This document shows positions 1 through 12,378 of a stretch of DNA of 64,000 nt, piece after piece. The translations under genes and the position numbers were made by a program. Source of the stretch: Antedon mediterranea (taxonomy: Eukaryota; Animalia; Echinodermata); contig NC_092678.1 of assembly GCF_964355755.1 (NCBI RefSeq), positions 2,620,422 to 2,684,421 on the forward strand. Direction: 5' to 3'. Every line of letters starts with the position of its first letter. Position 1 is the stretch's first letter. The notes below the pieces were generated by a model. The model made no database searches. It was not told the origin of the DNA and worked only from the letters and a program-made list of their open reading frames with translations.

Positions 1-672
1 TACAACACTTTTTACGCATCAGGACTATATACATAAAAAATAATTTTAATCGTTAATTATTAGAACAAGATCAGTATTAATTTAACAGTGAAGTACAACA
101 AACAAAATCTTCAAAATATATTTAAGAACCATGGCGGTACGGTAACTTTCATATTTTCTAGGCCTCCAACAAAGTATGATCGCGACGAACCACGCACTTC
201 ATAGCGTGACAAGAAAGCGCTAGGCCCCCTAAACATTCCATCGCGTGGTGAATTGCCGCATTTCCCATTGTCACTATGGCGTGACGTAGTTCAAGTCGGA
301 CTTGCGCGAAGAAAATAATGTAATTTGTATACAGTTGTAAATAAAGATGATTTTCATTATTATAACTTATACCAATGTATATTTAATTAAGCTAATATAA
401 ATATATATATTTCATTCTTCAATATCTGACCAATATAACAACTCAATGACTGTTACGTTTTTTATAAACATCGTTTAAAAACCATTTAATCGACCATTTA
501 GCCTGCCCCCTCCAGGACTAAAAAAATTGATCAAAATCCGTCTCGATTTAGTCGAGGTTGGCCTGATTTAGTCGGTGATTTAGTTGAAGTTCGGTTTATG
601 AATTAAAATGACGTCATTTTTTTAGTTTTAGCTCGAACTACGACTGAAGTCCAGTTTAAAAATGCGGGCGTA

Positions 673-1760
673 AGGCCTAAATGTATTCATATTATTATAG
701 ACCATACAGCAATTAAACTTATCGTGTCGAGTAATTTAAGTCCAAAAAGGTTAGCTTATATTATTTTCATTGGGATCATCCTTTTTATAAAGGCATAATC
801 TAAAATAAAATTACAAAGTATTGATTTCTTTTTATAAAAGGTCCAAACTGTCTACTTTGTGTTGGCCTAGCTTATCATTTAATTAGTCCACAACATGTGC
901 AGTATGGCCCGATCTGCACCCAATCGTCCGTGGAACCAAACGAACCAATTATGTCCATAGGGATGAAACTGGTGAAACTCGCATTTCTTCATCTATCTTG
1001 GTCTCCGTAAGGAATGGTATTCAACGCCCTTTACAAAATTTTAGTTTAGTTTAGTAATCTTTGGTTACAAATTATTTTTTTTTTAGGGACGGTAAACTCC
1101 CTCGTATACAAAGTTGTGCCCCTCGTTTAACAATCTGTTAAAAACAGAAACAAAATATAATAAGTGAAACAAATTAAACTTTAATCAATATGGTCCATTA
1201 TATGTAATTGGTCCAGATTCTATTAACGCGTGTCACATATCAATATCCTATCAATTCTAGGCTTAATATTTTCAAAAAGTTTTTGTTTACTTTCTGTTGT
1301 GTCCTTGTTGTGATTTCGCCTAGAACTAACAGCCGTAAGATGAGCCGTGTATTTTTGCCTCACTCTTATAGCATTTGCACAAAGTCACATGTGTAAAAAT
1401 ATTGATAATTCAGTAGTTTTCTGCTGTTCCAAATTTTCAATCTTAGTATGTTACTTCTTCATATCCAGCTTTAGATGTGTGAACAAAATTTAAAACTGCG
1501 GGCTTATTAAATTAATAAAAGTGTTAGATAAGATTTAAACATTATCCTCAGCACGTTTGTAAGCGACTCATGTTTGCTGTTTTTTGTTTGTTTAATTGAT
1601 TGTGTTTTTTCTTCGTCTTCTTCTTCTTCTTCTCTGTGCGGATGTGTTCATCTATCCGGACAACTCTACCATAAGGAACAGTATTCAACCCCCTTAACGA
1701 AATTGAAGGCCTCCTTTTGTAATCTTTGGTTACAAAGTATTACTTTTTTTTATAAAAGCC
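673..1760 (-). pseudogene. Decayed, shuffled paralog fragments of the orphan Arg/Pro-rich gene at 32531-35355
   Basis: Reverse strand reads ttttaacag|LLNEGHNFVYEGVYRP (about 1086-1140), QFHPYG (about 955-975) and LQKEAFNFVKGVEY..PYGRVVRIDE (about 1645-1725); 673-930 resembles the reverse complement of 32715-32975; 1135-1250 resembles the reverse complement of 34425-34545. Confidence 0.8.
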
Positions 1761-1807
1761 CTGAATTGTCTTATATTGAACAAGATGTCTAGTCCACATC
1801 TATCCAG

Positions 1808-1924
1808 GTATCCATCCTTTGCATCCAGCACACTGAACACTTTAGCTTGACACAAATCTTAACGCCTCGTCTAGTGTCGGATAATGTCTGCATTTAATCA
1901 CAGCATTGATATCCCTAGGATCTA
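1808..1924 (-). mobile_element. Ty3/Gypsy reverse transcriptase fragment (a more decayed second piece at about 2125-2195)
   Basis: Minus strand translates LDPRDINAVIKCRHYPTLDEALR-(frameshift)-LCQAKVFSVLDAKDGY, matching the Gypsy RT segment LDPRDLN.AI.REHYP.PTLDE...AKVFS.LDAKDGYWQ. Confidence 0.8.
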
Positions 1925-2867
1925 GGCTTAATATTTCCAAAAAGTTTTTGTTAACTTTCTGTTGTGTCCTTGATGTGATTTCGCCTTGAACAAACGGCCG
2001 TAAGATGAGCCGTGTATTTTTTCCTCACTTTTATCGCGTTTGCACAAAGTCACATGTGTAAAAATATTGATAATAATTAGTGTATAGATCCGCCTATCGG
2101 TACATCCGGTTTCCCACATTTACTACAAATCTAAACGACTCTTCATCATCGGATAATGTTTGCATTTAATCGCAGCATTGAAATCTCTAGGATTTTTGTT
2201 GCATTAACAGCCGTAAGATGAGGCATCTTTTTCTTTGCTCTATGATGATCCCATTTGCACAAATCAGAAATTTATTCTCCTATTGCACTTGTTCTGCTAA
2301 GTTCTTACCCACAGTCTGTCTAGGCCATCCTAGGAAAAGTAACTCGCACTGTAAACAGAAAAGTATAATGTGTGCCACTTATCAATGTGACCTGTGTCAA
2401 TGTGTACAGCACTGGGTCTCTCACCCCGCACAAACATGCCATCATCACCCAACTATTCTTAGCAAAGGGTAATTTGGAAAAGTAGGGAAGATACTTACTA
2501 TTAAAAAAAATTAGTCTTGTGTCCTGTTTTGCATACCAATATGATATTGCGAGGGACATGACATATCATGAGTGACACGACATTGTGAAACGACAGGACT
2601 TTAACTATACCTCTTACAAGTTGGACAAAGATTTTTCATATATAATAAGGTACAGGAAAACTATTTGCTTTGAGATCATTTCATTTTTTAAATATACAGC
2701 TCTTGAAAACTTCTCTTGAAAAATTGTTATGCTTAAATCGTCGGTGAGGCAACCATTTTTGAAATTTTAAAGTTCTCATTTATTTTAAATATTACTTCTG
2801 AGAATTAAGTATATTATACTAAGGTACTCTTCAAATACAAATGATGTACCATGCTTTGCCATATGAA

Positions 2868-2985
2868 TCTTTTCAAAGACATTTAAAAAATAAACAACTA
2901 ACCAACCAAGGCATCAACCTTTTCAAAGACATTAAAAAAAACAACCAAGGCATGGACCTTTTAAAAGACATTAAAAAAAACAATA
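2868..2985 (+). repeat. About 35-50 bp degenerate tandem repeat x3
   Basis: Recurrent cttttcaaagacattaaaaaaaacaaccaaggcat. Confidence 0.7.
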
Positions 2986-3070
2986 AATAAATCTGAAAAA
3001 TAATAACTATGGATCTTAGAAGACAAAATTTGGTCAGTTTTATTTTAAAACGTTTTTAGAATTTTGTTTT

Positions 3071-4974
3071 ATTTAGAATTTTATGTTATAAGCTCTACAG
3101 ACTTTTAAAAATCCAAAACGTGTATAAACGTTTTGTTTGCTTGTTTGTACTTTGTAAAACTACCTCCTCTCCGACTCCTGTACATCCCCATGCTTTTTGT
3201 TTTGTTTTGGTTGTTCTGCCCACTAAGAGGCAAACCGAAAAGGCCAATTTGGTTAGACTTTGGAGTTCTCCAATGATTTGACATGGAATTACCTATGGAA
3301 ATTGGTTATTAACCACTGGACAAATGCATGTAGAGTAGACTCTACCATTGTTAAAGTTCGTCTACTGGTGTTAGCGTTTGTCTACTGGTGTTAGCGTTTG
3401 TCTACTGATGTTATAGGGGATCTACTTCACACTCTTAATAGCGTTAGGCTAGCACTCTTGGTAGCGTTAGGCTCGCACTCATAATAGCGTTAAGCTTGCA
3501 CTCTTACTAGTGTTAGATTCACACTCTTAATAGCATTAAGGCTCGCACTCTTACTAGAGTTAGGCTTGCACTCTTTAATAGCAGTAGGCTCGCATTCTTA
3601 ATAGCGTTAGACTCGCATACTTAATAGAGTTAGTTCGCATTCTTAATAGCGTTAGGCTCGAATTCTTAAAAGAGTTAGGCTCGCACTCTAGCAGCTGTGG
3701 GCTCGCACTCTTTAGCAGCTGTAGGCTTGTACTTTAGCAGCTGTAGGCTCGCACTCATAATAGCGTTAGGCTCGCACTCTTACTAGAGTTAGGTTCGCTC
3801 TCTTAATAGCCGTAGGCTCGCATTCTTACTAGCGTTAGACTCGCACTCTCATTAGCGTTAGGCTTGCACTCTTTAATAGCAGTAGGCTCGCATTCATAAT
3901 AGCGTTAGGCTCGCATTCTTAATAGAGTTAGTTCGCATTCTTAATAGCGTTAGGCTCACACATTCTTAATAGCGTTAGGCTCGCACTCTTTAGCAGCCGT
4001 AGGCTCCCACTCTTTAGCAGCTGTAGGCTCGCAATTTATAGCAGGTGTAGGCTTGTACTCTTTAGCAGCTGTATAGGCTTGTACTTCTTTAGCAGCTGTA
4101 GGCTTGCGCTCTTTAGCAGCTCTAGGCTCGCACTCTTTAGCAGTGATAGGCTGGTACTATGTAGGCTGGTACTTCTGTAGCAGCTGTAGGCTCGTACTTC
4201 TCAGCTGCGGTTGGCTTGTACTTCTGAAGCAGCTGTAGGCTTGTACTTCTTAGCAGCTTCTTCAGCAGATGTAGGCTCGTACTCTTCGGTAGGCTCGCAC
4301 TCTAATGTAGGCATGTCCTCTATGGTTGGATCGCACTCTTTGGTAGGATCGCACTCTTCGGTAGGATCGCACTCTTCCGTAGGCACGCACTCTTCCGTAG
4401 GCACGCACTCTTCCGTAGGCACGCACTCTTCCGTAGGCACGCACTCTTCCGTAGGCACGCACTCTTCCGTAGGCACGCACTCTTCCGTAGGCACGCACTC
4501 TTCCGTAGGCACGCACTCTTCCGTAGGCACGCACTCTTCCGTAGGCACGCACTCTTCCGTAGGCACGCACTCTTCCGTAGGCTCGCACTCTTCAGTAGGC
4601 TCGCACTCTTCAGTAGACTTGCTCTAGCATTGGTAGGCGTGCTCTAACATCGGTAGGCACACTTTAACATCGGTAGGCGCACTCTAGCAATGGTAGAGTC
4701 TACTCTACATGCATAGTCTGGTGGTTAGTATCCAATTTCTGTGGGTATTTTCATGTCAAATTGTTGGAGTACTTCATAGTAAAATCAAATTGACCTTTTT
4801 GGTTTGTCATCTTAGTTGGCAGAACAACCAAAACAACACTTAAGCATGAGGATGTACGGCTCTTGGAGAAGAGGTGGTTTTTGTTTTGTTTGTATTCTTT
4901 TTTTTTTTCTTTTTTTTTTAAAGTTTATAAACGTTTTGGTTTTTTAAAAGTCTGTAGATCTTTGTATTCTAAAT
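3071..4974 (+). ncRNA. Candidate long hairpin RNA: imperfect inverted repeat, arms about 3071-3425 and 4612-4974, minisatellite loop
   Basis: Arms are reverse complements (e.g. atgcatgtagagtagactctaccattg at 3324 vs caatggtagagtctactctacatgcat at 4688); by hand count about 27 of 29 transition mismatches in the inner ~215 bp form G-U pairs on the + strand. The inverted repeat is certain; transcription is inferred. Confidence 0.6.
3425..4615. repeat. Compound minisatellite (about 24-bp degenerate units grading into perfect 18-bp units cgcactcttccgtaggca)
   Basis: Core taggctcgcactct repeats throughout; about 11 perfect 18-mers at about 4370-4580; minus strand reads PTEECV / ECEPTAAK / ECEPNAIK with frameshifts. 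Confidence 0.95.
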
Positions 4975-5442
4975 ATTATGTTTTTATAATTTGTTTACTG
5001 GTGTGTTGGGATAAAATTGTATGCATTTATATGCAGATAACATATTTTATAGATTCTGTTATTTATTAGTAAAATATGATACTGTAAAATATACTACAGT
5101 ATAACAAACCAGGACAAAACATCTGACCATAATGAACCATAATATTGCAATTTGTTACAATAGCTAATTCCATTTATTTATATATGTATTTTGACTATAT
5201 TGCATTTTCAGTAACGTGTAGTACTACAACTAGAAAACTTTACCCTCTGTGTCTATGGCAGTTTTACAAACACTACTTTTCTGTCATAACAGCTTTTACT
5301 AATAAGATATTGGATCTGTAACAAGACCTGACCCTAAACCCATACTGTTTGTATGTGGTCAAAATGTGGCATCTTGACCTGCCACTATCCTTGTTTGCAT
5401 GGACCAATGTGTTGTCAAATCGTGGCAGCTTGGCCTGCTGAA

Positions 5443-6220
5443 TCATTAGGCTAGCTGCACACTCCTGCAGCATTAGACTAGCTGCACACTCCTGCAGCAT
5501 TAGGCTGGCTGCACACTCCTGCAGCATTAGGCTGGCTGCACACTCCTGCAGCATTAGGCTGGCTGCACACTCCTGCAGCTTTTTGATCATTCAGTGTAGT
5601 GATCATTCTCGTCATTTGCTTATGGTTCAGACCAGAAACCTAATAAATTGAAGTCCATAGAATGAATTCAAAATATTAAATCAAATATTATTTCCCTTTT
5701 ATTATTTCAATGCTATATGTCTTTACCTAATCTTTAAACATTCTTAAACCTTTGCTTGGTTATAAGACATAATGGTGATATTGTTTCACCTGTGCTCAAA
5801 CGTCACTCTTTTTGTAGTCCTATCACCTAGAACTTTGCTGCTTCCAGGCTGGCTTCACACACCATTTGCATGTGTGGTCAAAAGCTGGCTTCACAATCCT
5901 GCATCCTTTTGATTATTCAATGTAATGATCTCGGACTTTCCTTGTGGTTCAGTCACAAAAGCTGTCTTCACACTCCTGCAGCATTAGGCTGGCTTCACAC
6001 TCCTGCAGCATTAGCTGGCTTCACACGCCTGCAGCATTAGGCTAGCTGCACACTCCTGCAGCATTAGGCTGGCTTCACACTCCTGCAGCATTAGGCTGGC
6101 TTCACACGCCTGCAGCATTAGGCTGGCTTCACACTCCTGCAGCATTAGGCTGGCTTCACACTCCTGCAGCATTTGGCTGGCTGCACACTCCTGCAACATT
6201 AGGCTGGCTGCACACTCCTT
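5443..6220. repeat. 27-bp minisatellite arrays (about 5443-5580 and 5965-6220)
   Basis: Unit ctgcagcattaggctggct(t/g)cacactc; minus strand LQEC(E/A)ASLM repeats in the ORF track. Confidence 0.95.
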
Positions 6221-9200
6221 TGGATTATTCAATGTAATGATCTTGTCCTTGTGGTTCAGTCACTGCTCTATTGACATGACCAGAAATGAATTTGAAATAT
6301 TAAATCAAATATTATTTACCTATGCAATGTCTTTACCTTATCTTTAAAGATTCTTAAATCTTTGCTTGGTATAAGACATAATGGTGGTATTGTTTCACCT
6401 GTGCCAATAACGTCACTCTTTTTGTAGTCCTATTACCTAGAACTTTGCTGCTTCAAGGCAGCATGCAGAAGTTTTTTTTAAAAACAAATCAGAGCTTTGC
6501 ACACTATCCTCTTATATCTAAATCTTTTTCTCATTTCCATTTTTAATGCTATAAGCTTCTTGCTTAAATACATATGTACCAACATTAGGTATGCTGTGTC
6601 TCTTACTTTTCAATTGCATCAACCATTGATTGTAGATTGTTGTATAGTGCTGTTATATGCAGCACTAGGTCTTAAAAACAATCTTTTTTTAAACCTGCCC
6701 ATTCCCATTCTTGGTGCTATAAGCTTCTTGCTTAAATACATTTGTACCAATATTAGGTATACTGTGTTTCCTTTTTCTTTCCTTTTTAATTGCTATCGAC
6801 CATTGATCGTAGATTGTTGTATAGTGCTGTTATATGCAGCACTAGGTTTTAAAAACAATCTTTTTTTAAAGCACTGTTCCTTTTCTTATAACCCGTAAGG
6901 CCTAGCTTGTATAGTGTTTATGAATTGCCTTTATGCAATATAATCAGCATAGTTCTAATTGATAACCCGATAGTTATCTTAAAAAAAATATCTCCATCAA
7001 AAATATCTTTATCAAAGCCATTTACATTTTCAAAATGGCCAATTCTGTGGATGACTTGTATCCTTTATTTTCAACTATATCCCGGCATTCTTTTGAACAT
7101 TCAGTGTAATGATCTCGTCCTTTCCTTATGGTTTAGTCACTGCTCTGTTGACATGACCAGAAATTATTATCTACCTTGATTATTTCAATGTTGTTGAATA
7201 AACAAAAATCCATACTGTTCTTAAACCTTTACTTGGTGTAAGACATAATGGTGATATTGTTATCACCTGTACCAAAACATCACTTTTTAAAAAAGCAACC
7301 ATTCTGCATGCTTTAATAGCTTTGCACACTACCCTCTTGCATCTAAACCTTGATTATTTCAATGCTATATGTCTTTACCTAACCTTTAAAGATTCTTAAA
7401 CCTTTACTTGGTATAAGACAAAATAGTGATATATTGTTTCCCCTGTGCCCAAACATCACTCCTTTTGTAGTCCTATAACCTAGAACGCTAATAACCACTT
7501 TTGCATGCTCTAAGAGCATGCAGAAGTGATTGTTAAAGCACTATTCCTTTTCTTACAACCCGTAAGGCCTAGCTTGTATAGTGTTTATGAATTGCCTTTA
7601 TGCAATATAATCAGGCATAGTTCTAATTGATAACCCGATAGTTATCTTTAAAAAAGGATCTTCATCAAAGCCATTTACATTTTCAAAATGGCCAATTCTG
7701 TGGATGACAATTATATCCCTTTATTTTCAACTATATCCCTGCATCCTTTTGAACATTCAGTGTAATGATCTCGTCCTTTCCTTATGGTTTAGTTACTGCT
7801 CTGTTGACATGACCAGAAATTATTATTCACCTTGATTATTTCAATGTTGAATAAACAAAAATCCATACTGTTCTTAAACCTTTACTTGGTACAAGACATA
7901 ATGGTGATATTGTTATCACCTGTACCAAAACATCACTTTTTAAAAAAGCAACCATTCTGCATGTTTTAAGAGCTTTGCACACTACCCTCTTGCATCTACA
8001 CCTTGATTATTTCAATGTTATATGACTTTACCTAACCTTTAAAGATTCTTAAACCTTTACTTGGTATAAGACAAAATAGTGATATATTGTTTCCCCTGTG
8101 CCCAAACATCACTCCTTTTGTACTCCTATTACCTAGAACGCTAATAACCACTTTGCATGCTCTAAGAGCCTTGCATCTACATCTTTTTCTCATTTTTTTT
8201 TTATTCTATAAGCTTCTTGCTTAAATACACTTGTACCAATATTAGGTATACTGTGGTTCTTCCGTTTCAATCGCATCAACCATTAATTGTAGATTGTTGT
8301 ATAGTGCTGTTATATGCAGCACTACAGTAGGTCTTAAAAATAATCTTTTTTTAAAACCTGCTTTGCTGCTTCCAGGCTGATAGAGCATTCAGAAGGCTAT
8401 CAGCCTGGAATCATACTAGCCTCTTGAATCTACACCTTTTTCCAATTCCCATTCTTGGTGCTATAAGCTTCTTGCTTAAATACATTTGTACCAATCTTAG
8501 TTATACTGCGTCTCTTTTTCCTTCCTTTTTAATTGTCATCGACCATTGATCATAGATTGTTGTATAGTGCTGTTATATGCAGCACTAGCTCTTAAAAACA
8601 ATCTTTTTTTTAAAGCACTGTTCCTTTTCTTACAACCCGTAAGGCCTAGCTTGTATAGTGTTTATGAATTGCCTTTATGCAATATAATCAGGCATAATTC
8701 TAATTGATAACCCGATAGTTATCTTTTAAAAATATCTTCATCAAAGCCATTTACATTTTCAAAATTGCCAATTCTGTGGATGACTTGTATCCCTTTTTTT
8801 AAACTATATCCCTGCATCCTTTTGAACATTCAGTGTAATGATCTCGTCCTTTCCTTATGGTTTAGTCACTGCTCTGTTGACATGACCAGAAATTATTATT
8901 TACCTTGATTATTTCAATTTTGTTGACTAGACAAAAATCCATACTGTTCTTAAACCTTTACTTGGTACAAGACATAATGGTGATATTGTTATCACCTGTA
9001 CCAAAACATCACTTTTTAAAAAAGCAACCATTCTGCATGCTTTAATAGCTTTGCACACTACCCTCTTGCATCTACACCTTGATTATTTCAATGCTATATG
9101 TCTTTACCTAACCTTTAAAGATTCTTAAACCTTTACTTGGTATAAGACAAAATAGTGATATATTGTTTCCCCTGTGCCCAAAAGTCACTCCTTTTGTAGT

Positions 9201-10400
9201 CCTATTACCTAGAACGCTAATTAACCACTTTTGCATGCTCTAAGAGCATGCAGAAGTGATTGCTTTGTTAAACAAAGCATTCAGAAGGCTATCAGCCTGG
9301 AAGCATACTAGCCTCTTGAATCTACATCTTTTTCCCATTCCCATTCTTGGTGCTATAAGCTTCTTGCTTAAATACATTTGTACCAATCTTAGTTATACTG
9401 CGTCTCTTTTTCCTTCCTTTTTAATTGTCATTGACCATTGTTCATAGATTGTTGTATAGTGCTGTTATATGCAGCACTAGCTCTTAAAAACAATCTTTTT
9501 TTTAAAGCACTATTCCTTTTCTTACAACCCGTAAGGCCTAGCTTGTATAGTGTTTATGAATTGCCTTTATGCAATATAATCAGGCATAGTTCTAATTGAT
9601 AACCCGATAGTCATCTTTAAAAAATATCTTCATCAAAGCCATTTGCATTTTCAAAATGGCCAATTCTGTGGATGAGTTGTATCCTTTTATTTTCAACTAT
9701 ATCCCTGCATCCTTTTGAACATTCAGTGTAATGATCTCATCCTTTCCTTATGGTTTAGTCACTGCTCTGTTGACATGACCAGAAATTATTATTTACCTTG
9801 ATTATTTCAATGTTGTTGACTAAACAAAAATCCATACTGTTCTTAAACCTTTACTTGGTATAAGACATAATGGTGATATTGTTTCACCTGTACCAAAACA
9901 TCACTTAAAAAAAAAGCAACCATTCTGCATGCTTTAAGAGCTTTGCACACTACCCTCTTGGATCTACACCTTGATTATTTCAATGCTATATGTCTTTACC
10001 TAACCTTTAAAGATTCCTAAACCTTTACTTGGTATAAGACAAAATAGTGATATATAGTTTCTCCTGTGCCCAAACATCACTCCTTTTGTAGTCCTATTAC
10101 CTAGAACGCTAATAACCACTTTTGCATGCTCTAAGAGCTTTGCATCTACATCTTTTTCTCATTTCCATTTTTATGCTATAAGCTTCTTGCTTAAATACAC
10201 TTGTACCAATATTAGGTGTACTGTGTCTCTTCCTTTTCAATTGCCATCAACCATCGATTGTAGATTGTTGTATATAGTGCTGTTATATGCAGAAAAATAA
10301 TCTTGTTTTCAAAACCTTATTCCTTTTCTTACAAGCAGTAAGACCTAGCTTGTATAGTGTATATGTATTGCCATTATGCAATATAATTGGGCATAGTTAA
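5590..10400. repeat. Complex macrosatellite, about 0.65-1.1 kb variable units
   Basis: Recurrent modules such as cccgtaaggcctagcttgtatagtg (about 6892, 7560, 8636, 9528), tgacatgaccagaaattatt and ctataagcttcttgcttaaatac. Confidence 0.9.
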
Positions 10401-10789
10401 CATTAAGGTTTTAAACTTCGTTTTGTTTTCCAAAAGAATACCAAAATTAAACAGACTCTGCAGTTCACCATTTGGTAAAAATTTAATTTAAATTTACTAT
10501 TTGCTAATTGTCTTATATCTTTTGAGATTTGTACAAAGAGAAACAAATTTAACTACCATTTATTTAGTACATATTATGGAAAATTGAAATAATTTATGAC
10601 AAGATACTGTACATTTTTCAATGCCCTTGTGTTTTTTAAATGACATATTGGCAACCAGGGATATTTAGACTGCACCTTACTATACAGGAATTTAAGTATA
10701 GTATAAATGAGTTGTTTCCTATTACTGATCAGGAGGCAAAGTAGCCTATGTTATATATATCCACATCCAATAAGTTTGAATCATCATAA

Positions 10790-11390
10790 AGAACAACAAC
10801 CAGAATATGGTTTGGTAAAATTGTTGGCCAGTTCACAAAATAGCTGTACCGAACAGTACAACGTACCAGTTAGAGGAAATGGAATGGTTTCACAGGAAAA
10901 CCGAATATTTTTAAATGTTGCACGCAGAGGATAAAAAAGAAAAAACATGAAAACCAGAATATGTTTAAATTAACAACTCTGGTTGATGGGACAAAGAAGA
11001 AATACGAACTAATTGGTATTGACAGAAATCATTGTTGGATGAACTAATTGGTATTGGGAGAAATCATTGTTGACCAGTTCACAAAATAGCTGTACCGGAA
11101 ACTACAATGTACCAGTTAGAGGAATTGGAATGCTTTCACAAGAAAACTGTATGCTTTTGAATGTTGCATGCAGAGATTACAAAAAGAAAAAAACATGAAA
11201 ACCAGACTACTTTGGTTGATAGGACAAAGAAGAAATACAAACTAATTGGTATTGATAGAAATCATTTGTTGACCAGTTCACAAAATAGCTGTACCGGAAA
11301 CTACAATGTACCAGTTAGAGGAAATGGAATGGGAAAAAAACAAGAAAACCAAAGGCTTCTAAATGTTGCACGCAGAGAGCATAAAGAATA
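10790..11390. repeat. About 200-240 bp tandem repeat x3
   Basis: ccagttcacaaaatagctgtacc recurs at about 10828, 11074 and 11273. Confidence 0.85.
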
Positions 11391-12239
11391 AAAACCGTCT
11401 GTGAAAAACACTGAACACAAGTAAATGGATGGTTACATTTTAAAAGCTTCTCATACAATCCTCAAACGATCTTGGCATTTCCAACGAGATCTATAATACC
11501 ATTAGTAATGGTGAATTGTGGGGTCAATTTGAAATTTTAACAACAATGGTATCGCATTTATTTTTTGAAACAAAGTTTTCAATCAAAGCGTGTATTTTTC
11601 TAATACATAACCTATAAGAAAGCTTCTCATAATATTTAAAAATCTTCAACCAGTTCCTATGATAGCATTTGCTATAAAAGGAACCATTTCCTTATATTGG
11701 CAACAGCAGTTTATTTAGTTTATACCTTTATGTATGCAACTAAAGTTGTTTTAAAAAGAGCCTTTTATAAATCCTATTTCTGTATGGAAAACACTTCTTT
11801 CCTGTATTTTGTTGATACTGTAGTAGACCTCCCCCAGCCATGTATTGAAATTGACAGGTGTAGAAAATCCATAAACTGCCCATTGATTTTTCATATCAGT
11901 ATGGTACAACAACATTGAAAAAGTATAACAAATATTTATTACAAAATATTGCTTAATTTATGGTTTAAAGTGCTCATCATATCCACTGGTCCATGTTTAT
12001 TTTCTTAGGGCCATAGGTAAGGTTTCAACCTTGACAACCCAGTGACTTGAACACATCCCTTCTCTTGCATATAGAGTGCAAACAAAAATTGATTGCACTT
12101 GACCTATTTCTTTTCTCGGAGCCGTACATTTGTACTGTCCATCCTTTGTTGATGAACTTGCCGCTCCTACCATCTCTAGATAGAGTTGCGTTCCGCCCTT
12201 AGTAATTTTCAATAACACGTTGGCTGAACATGAAATTCC

Positions 12240-12378
12240 CAAAAATGAATTTGTCAATTTCTCTATTCATTTTAAATACTTGAATAAGGTCAGCTTTTTT
12301 TCTAATATCTTCTAGTGTCAGTAAGTTTAGTTGTTTTATTCTTGTTTCATATGAATTTTCTTTAATCTCTAATATAAT
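12240..12378 (-). mobile_element. CR1-like LINE ORF2 C-terminal fragment (copy B about 49145-49284)
   Basis: LEIKENSYETRIKKLNLMTLEDIRKKADLIQVFK resembles the CR1 motif SYEERL..LNL.TLE.RR.RGDLIQVFK. Confidence 0.75.

Noticed and set aside
500-673. Complete MITE at the left duplication boundary
   Set aside because: Repeated tttagtcg motifs and an end-like aatgcgggcgtaa are visible, but no matching left TIR or target duplication was found in the window
4201-4627. Overlapping ORFs PTEECV / HSSVGT / RAYGRV (also 41034-41434) as real genes
   Set aside because: An 18-bp stop-free repeat keeps several frames open on both strands; flanks are frameshifted and the two copies disagree in frame
3425-6220. 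CRISPR array
   Set aside because: Repeats are head-to-tail with no unique spacers, there are no cas genes, and the DNA is eukaryotic
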